DNA from: Antechinus flavipes
Taxonomy: Eukaryota
Assembly: GCF_016432865.1 (NCBI RefSeq)
Contig: NC_067399.1
Coordinates: 660,982,001-661,046,000, forward strand
Direction: 5' to 3'
DNA: 64,000 bases
Below, piece after piece: positions 59,640 through 64,000 of the stretch; positions within the stretch are counted from its first letter, which is position 1; the number at the start of each line of letters is the position of its first letter. The notes under the pieces were generated by a model that saw nothing but the letters and a program-made list of their open reading frames with translations, did not search any database and had not been told where the DNA came from. A program made the translations under genes and the position numbers.

Positions 59640-60830
59640 TTCAAATATGCCTAATGCCATCCATCCATGCTTTCTTTTGATTTTTTGAAATTACTCTCTT
59701 TGTTTGGCATTTATTTGACTCTTTCTGGGTTGAATATGTTTCTTGTAAATAATATATGTTTGTTTTTGAGCACTGTCATTTTCCTGGAGCTTACATTCCC
59801 TTAATTTGTTTCTACTTAGCATTGCATGCATAAGTTATAACTTTTCTTCAAACATTTGTTTGAAAAGAGTAAAGCTCTGTAACTTTGGGCAAAATTAAGG
59901 TCTCAACTTCTTTGGTTCTCAGTTTTCTCTCCTATAAAATGGTACAACACTTAGTTATTTCTGAAAGTCCTAGCTTTAAATCTATAATCCCATAACTATT
60001 AATGCACACAATTCTTAATATTATTTTTCTTATTGGTTAATATATAACAAAATAGTTTTCAAACCCTGTCTTAAAGTGATAAAAACATAAATTTATTTAA
60101 TTTTTCAGAGATAGATATTTTTCTTCAAGATTATAAAAATACATTGGAATTTTGGTCTTCATTTTTAATTTTGCTTCTCCATTATTTCTTTATCCAAAAG
60201 ATGTAGTTGAAAGATTCAAAGATTTAACCAAAGCCATAAATTTTGTTGCCTACTTTTTTTTAATCCTGGTTTGGAAAGTGAATTGCTTTAAATATCTATA
60301 TATCTACAGATATATAGATTTCTATAGATATAGTCATATAGATTTCTAGATATATTTTAATTAGAATCCTAACTATTGTTTAGAATTTTACTCAAAGTAA
60401 ACATCTCTTTGCAAATTCTTTTAAGTTCAAATATTTTCATATATCCATCACTTGTTTTTCAGTAACTCCCAAATGGCTTAGTAAATCTGGATTCTAGTGA
60501 AGTGCTTATAATTACTTAGAGTTGCATTATATAATCCCTTGTCTTATTTCCAAAGTCCAGCCTGAGTTTTCCTGAAGTTGCTTGGTGTGTTATTTCTTTC
60601 CTCCTGAACCATATTGTCCTTATCATTGGATATTTCGCACTGGAATTTTTGTCTGCTATATCTAAGAATATTAAATCCTGCACTCTCCCTTAGTGAGTCT
60701 GTTTCTATTTCTTTCCATTTGCATACTCTCATTGGCTTTTATTAATTTCGAATAGTGTTTTGATGATTTTTTTTTAATATGCAGTTAAGGATTTTCTGTT
60801 TGTTTATTTTTCTACAGTAAATGATGTGTC
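59640..60830 (-). mobile_element. Decayed old L1/HAL1 fragments
   Basis: T-rich strand with antisense L1-like phrases (tgtttcttgtaaataatata; ccttgtcttatttccaaag). Confidence 0.35.
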
Positions 60831-61504
60831 TAAGAGACCATGGTCTATTTGAAAAGATTAGCTGACATGTCATTATTCTAACTTAAAAAATAATCTATGT
60901 ATAAGATATATTCATCACACTGAAGATGATTTCTTTGTCTCTGCCAAAACTGGGAAATTTTGTTTTGGATGCTTTGTGATCAATTAACATCTAGACTAAC
61001 ATGGGTGATAGAGTTATAAGATTTGGGTATGTTGGGATCACAACTATTAAAGATCAAAAATCCTTTCTATAAAAGGGCTACAGATTAGAAAAAGAGAACT
61101 ATACCAGATAATCATGGATAAGTAACAGAAACCAGAATGGTCTAGAATATCTTGAAAGTTTGTTTAATTGGCTGGTTTTTGTCCAAATAGTCCTACCCTG
61201 GGAAACTCCAGAGAAGTCAATTGTAGAGAGATAGTATCAGCAAGATAAAGAAGTTCCCAAAGCAGAAATTATATACTCCCTAAATAAAACTCAAGTATGT
61301 GCCCACAGAGATGGTAGTGGTAGAGTACCTACTACTTTCTAGAAAAAGAAATGGAAACATGCACAATGTGTGCTAGATAGATTTTGAGCATAGATGACTA
61401 TTCCTATATAAGGAATTGTGTCAGGACAATTTTATCCTATATTGTTTTAGGAAGATCCTAAAGATTACCTGGCAAGATAAGATAACTGACACTGGGATCC
61501 TTTC

Positions 61505-61688
61505 TAAAGCCTTGTGGTTTGTGACCCTATATGGGATCTCATAACTGAATATAGTGCTCACAAAATTATTATTGATTATTGGTCAGTGTTTGATTTTTAT
61601 GCCTATTTTATATATCTATATACCCAGGGTAAAGTAAAAATGTCTTGGGTGAAAAGGAATCATGAGGGGAAAAGTTTAAGAAGCCCTG
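61505..61688. mobile_element. hAT-Charlie-type MITE
   Basis: gaccctatatgggatctcataactgaa...tatctatatacccaggg...aaaagtttaagaagccctg (hAT-type TIR at the right end). Confidence 0.7.
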
Positions 61689-61986
61689 CTCTAAAGCACA
61701 TTCAAACTCTATTATAGATAGCACAACTCCAATGGTCTTGCTACACAGCCTAAATGCCAAATTAGACTTACCTAAAAGATTATTTTACTGAGAATTCATA
61801 TGAGGTAAATGTTCCATTGGTCAAAAGAAGTAGTGTAAGGACCCTTTGAAGGTATCCCTTTGAAGTTATCTCTGAAGAACTTTCACATTGACTGGGAAAC
61901 ACGGGAATCACTAGCATAAGACCACCCAGCATGGTATACCCACATCAAAGAATGCACTGTACTCTTTGAATAAAACAGAATCATAG

Positions 61987-61988
<2 letters not shown>

Positions 61989-62030
<42 letters not shown>
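61989..62030. repeat. (CA)n microsatellite
   Basis: Read directly. Confidence 0.95.
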
Positions 62031-62032
<2 letters not shown>

Positions 62033-63310
62033 CCTGAGTGCATCTTGAACCACTTTCATTCCAAATGTTGTAATGTACCACTTGTGTCCAAACTATGATA
62101 GTGCCTTCTGAGCTCATATTGTCCTGATCAACCACAGATGAAAACACCATACTCTGACCCCAACATAGTGATGCCATTAATCTTTTGAAAGAACAAACAA
62201 ACAAACAACAACAATCTAGATGTGCACAAATTATTTCCCTTGTTACAATATGTTTCTTGAAGACAGAGTTTTTTCACTTCTGCTTTTTGTGTCCCTTTTT
62301 AATAATGTTAATAAACATTTTTAATAAATATTCCAATCATTCCATCTTTTACATCATCTTTTCCTCACCTTTCTACTGCTCAACCCCTAATTCATATCCT
62401 TCTTCCTTCTTCCTTAGACTAGAATAATAGGCTCCTAATAGGCTCCTTTTTCCTTCCAATCTCATCCTGCTCCAATTTGTCCCACATAGTGCAGCTAAAT
62501 TGTTTCCTAATTAATTAGTGGGATGCTATTGGTTCTCCATGCATGCTAATGAATTCCTTAAAATTCAGCAGTGAAGGCTTCAAAAACCCTTTCCAATACT
62601 TTATGCTCTATACAGAACCCAAAATGTGTGACAAACTGAGTCGCCATACACTTCTTCCTAATTTCCGTATGACAAGGGCTCATAAATTTGTTATTAACCA
62701 AGGCAAACAGTCACCTTTGATTTCTCCTTTTCCCACACATTTCATCAGTGGTTAAGCTCTCTGGACTCACCCTGTTCTCCCTCATTTCCACTCCAATCAT
62801 TATCAAATGAGATAATATTTGTAAAAGCACTTAGCACAGTGCATAGCACATAGCAAGTGCTCTACAAATGTTTACTCCCTGCCTTCTACTCCATCTCCAC
62901 TTATTGCTATCCTAAGTACCCTTCAAAAACCAAATCAAATTGCACCCAGTCCATGAAACATTGGCATTTGCTCCTAGTTAAAACTGGTCCACTTATACTC
63001 AAAATGATTGCCAAATCAATACTCCCCTAACTTTTGGAAAGAGCCTGACAAGCAGCCATCTTATTATTCTGCTTTCCATTCTTGTGACTTTCCAAACCAA
63101 AACACCTTTCCCAGATCATTACTTTGCTATATATTTTATTTTCCTCAAGTAGAATACAAATCCTTTGAGAATATGAATTATCTTAATTTTATGTTTGTGT
63201 CCTTGGTATGTAGCAAAGTCTGAATAAATGTTTTATATTCATTCATCTCATGTCATAACATTTCTTTTCTCATGTACTTACCATTTAAATTGTATTCTGT
63301 AACCTGTGTA

Positions 63311-63652
63311 GTTGTTGCTATTGCTCATTCTTCATTTGAAGAGGATTAATGACATGACTGATATCTTGACCTGCATATTAATTGGATTTAAGAGAGGCAG
63401 AGCTGCAGAAAGTTGTCAATCTCACTCTCTCTTCCAGAGTCAGTAAAGTCCAGTGTCAATACTAAAATCCTAACACTTGGCAATGACTTGGGATAAAGTA
63501 GATAATCTTGACATCTTTGATATCTGGCCAAGGTCTAGCACTTCATTTGCATTCGTGGCTCTTGGAACAACTTGTTCTTATCTGCCCATTTAGGCAGTGG
63601 ATGTTTTCACGTGCTGGGACTAGATATACGCCTATTTCAATGATAGATTTGA
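63311..63652 (-). mobile_element. Marsupial RTE-related SINE, longer form
   Basis: Reverse complement of 20160-20495 along its length (ttggatttaag...ctctctcttccag...ttggcaatg...ggaacaa.ttgtt...tttgag). Confidence 0.75.
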
Positions 63653-64000
63653 GCCTAGTGATTACCCTCAAACTTGGTTTAGGTATAATGCAGATAATTA
63701 ATGGGGATTACATATAATGAATAAGCATTTGTCTAGCAGCTATTATGTGATGGACACAATGCTAAGTCCTTTACAAATATTCTATCATTTAATAAATGGG
63801 CACTGAGGTCCTTCGAAGTCTAAAAAGCCTGTGGTTGTTTGTTCAGGTTGGAGTTTGAGAAGTAAACAGAAAATCACTTTACTATTCATCATTGTCTGAC
63901 AGGTTGACTCAGATTGCTACTTACTATGTTAATGCAATCAAGAGTGGCCAATCATTTCCCAAATCAAAATAATAAGTTGACATTTCTACAGTTCTTCACA

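Noticed and set aside
1-64000. CRISPR array, rRNA, operon or other prokaryotic system
   Set aside because: The sequence is mammalian (marsupial) repeat-rich DNA. There are no regularly spaced repeat-spacer arrays or long intact ORFs.

Overview
This is an AT-rich, repeat-dense mammalian window with no protein-coding gene that I can recognise. The repeat content points to an Australian marsupial, most likely a dasyurid such as Sarcophilus, Dasyurus, Antechinus or Sminthopsis (inference). That content includes marsupial L1 3' ends, short WSINE1-type CORE-SINEs, RTE-tailed SINEs, and an OC1-like hAT MITE. The best-supported features are several 5'-truncated L1 and SINE insertions with readable target-site duplications (905-1270, 8279-8438, 23621-24700, 26503-27341, 38530-38694, 40360-40485, 51894-52083, 54937-56349). 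There is also an older fragmented L1 carrying 5'UTR and ORF1 (13245-16765), many decayed L2, L3/CR1 and MIR relics, several hAT MITEs, a three-LTR cluster (44.6-47.4 kb) and microsatellites. Most ORFs in the supplied track are spurious or L1-derived. The most notable observations are: (1) a 192-bp OC1-like hAT MITE, from a lineage known to be horizontally transferred, nested in L1 ORF1 without a TSD; (2) two neighbouring CORE-SINEs that each carry a different hAT MITE at the same 8-bp site (CTCTAAGA) in the same relative orientation; (3) a CCAAT+TATA promoter-like module at 57.7 kb; (4) a few orphan exon candidates that I cannot assign to a gene. Repeat family names come from pattern recognition rather than database searches. 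Boundaries of old repeats are approximate (about +/-30 bp).
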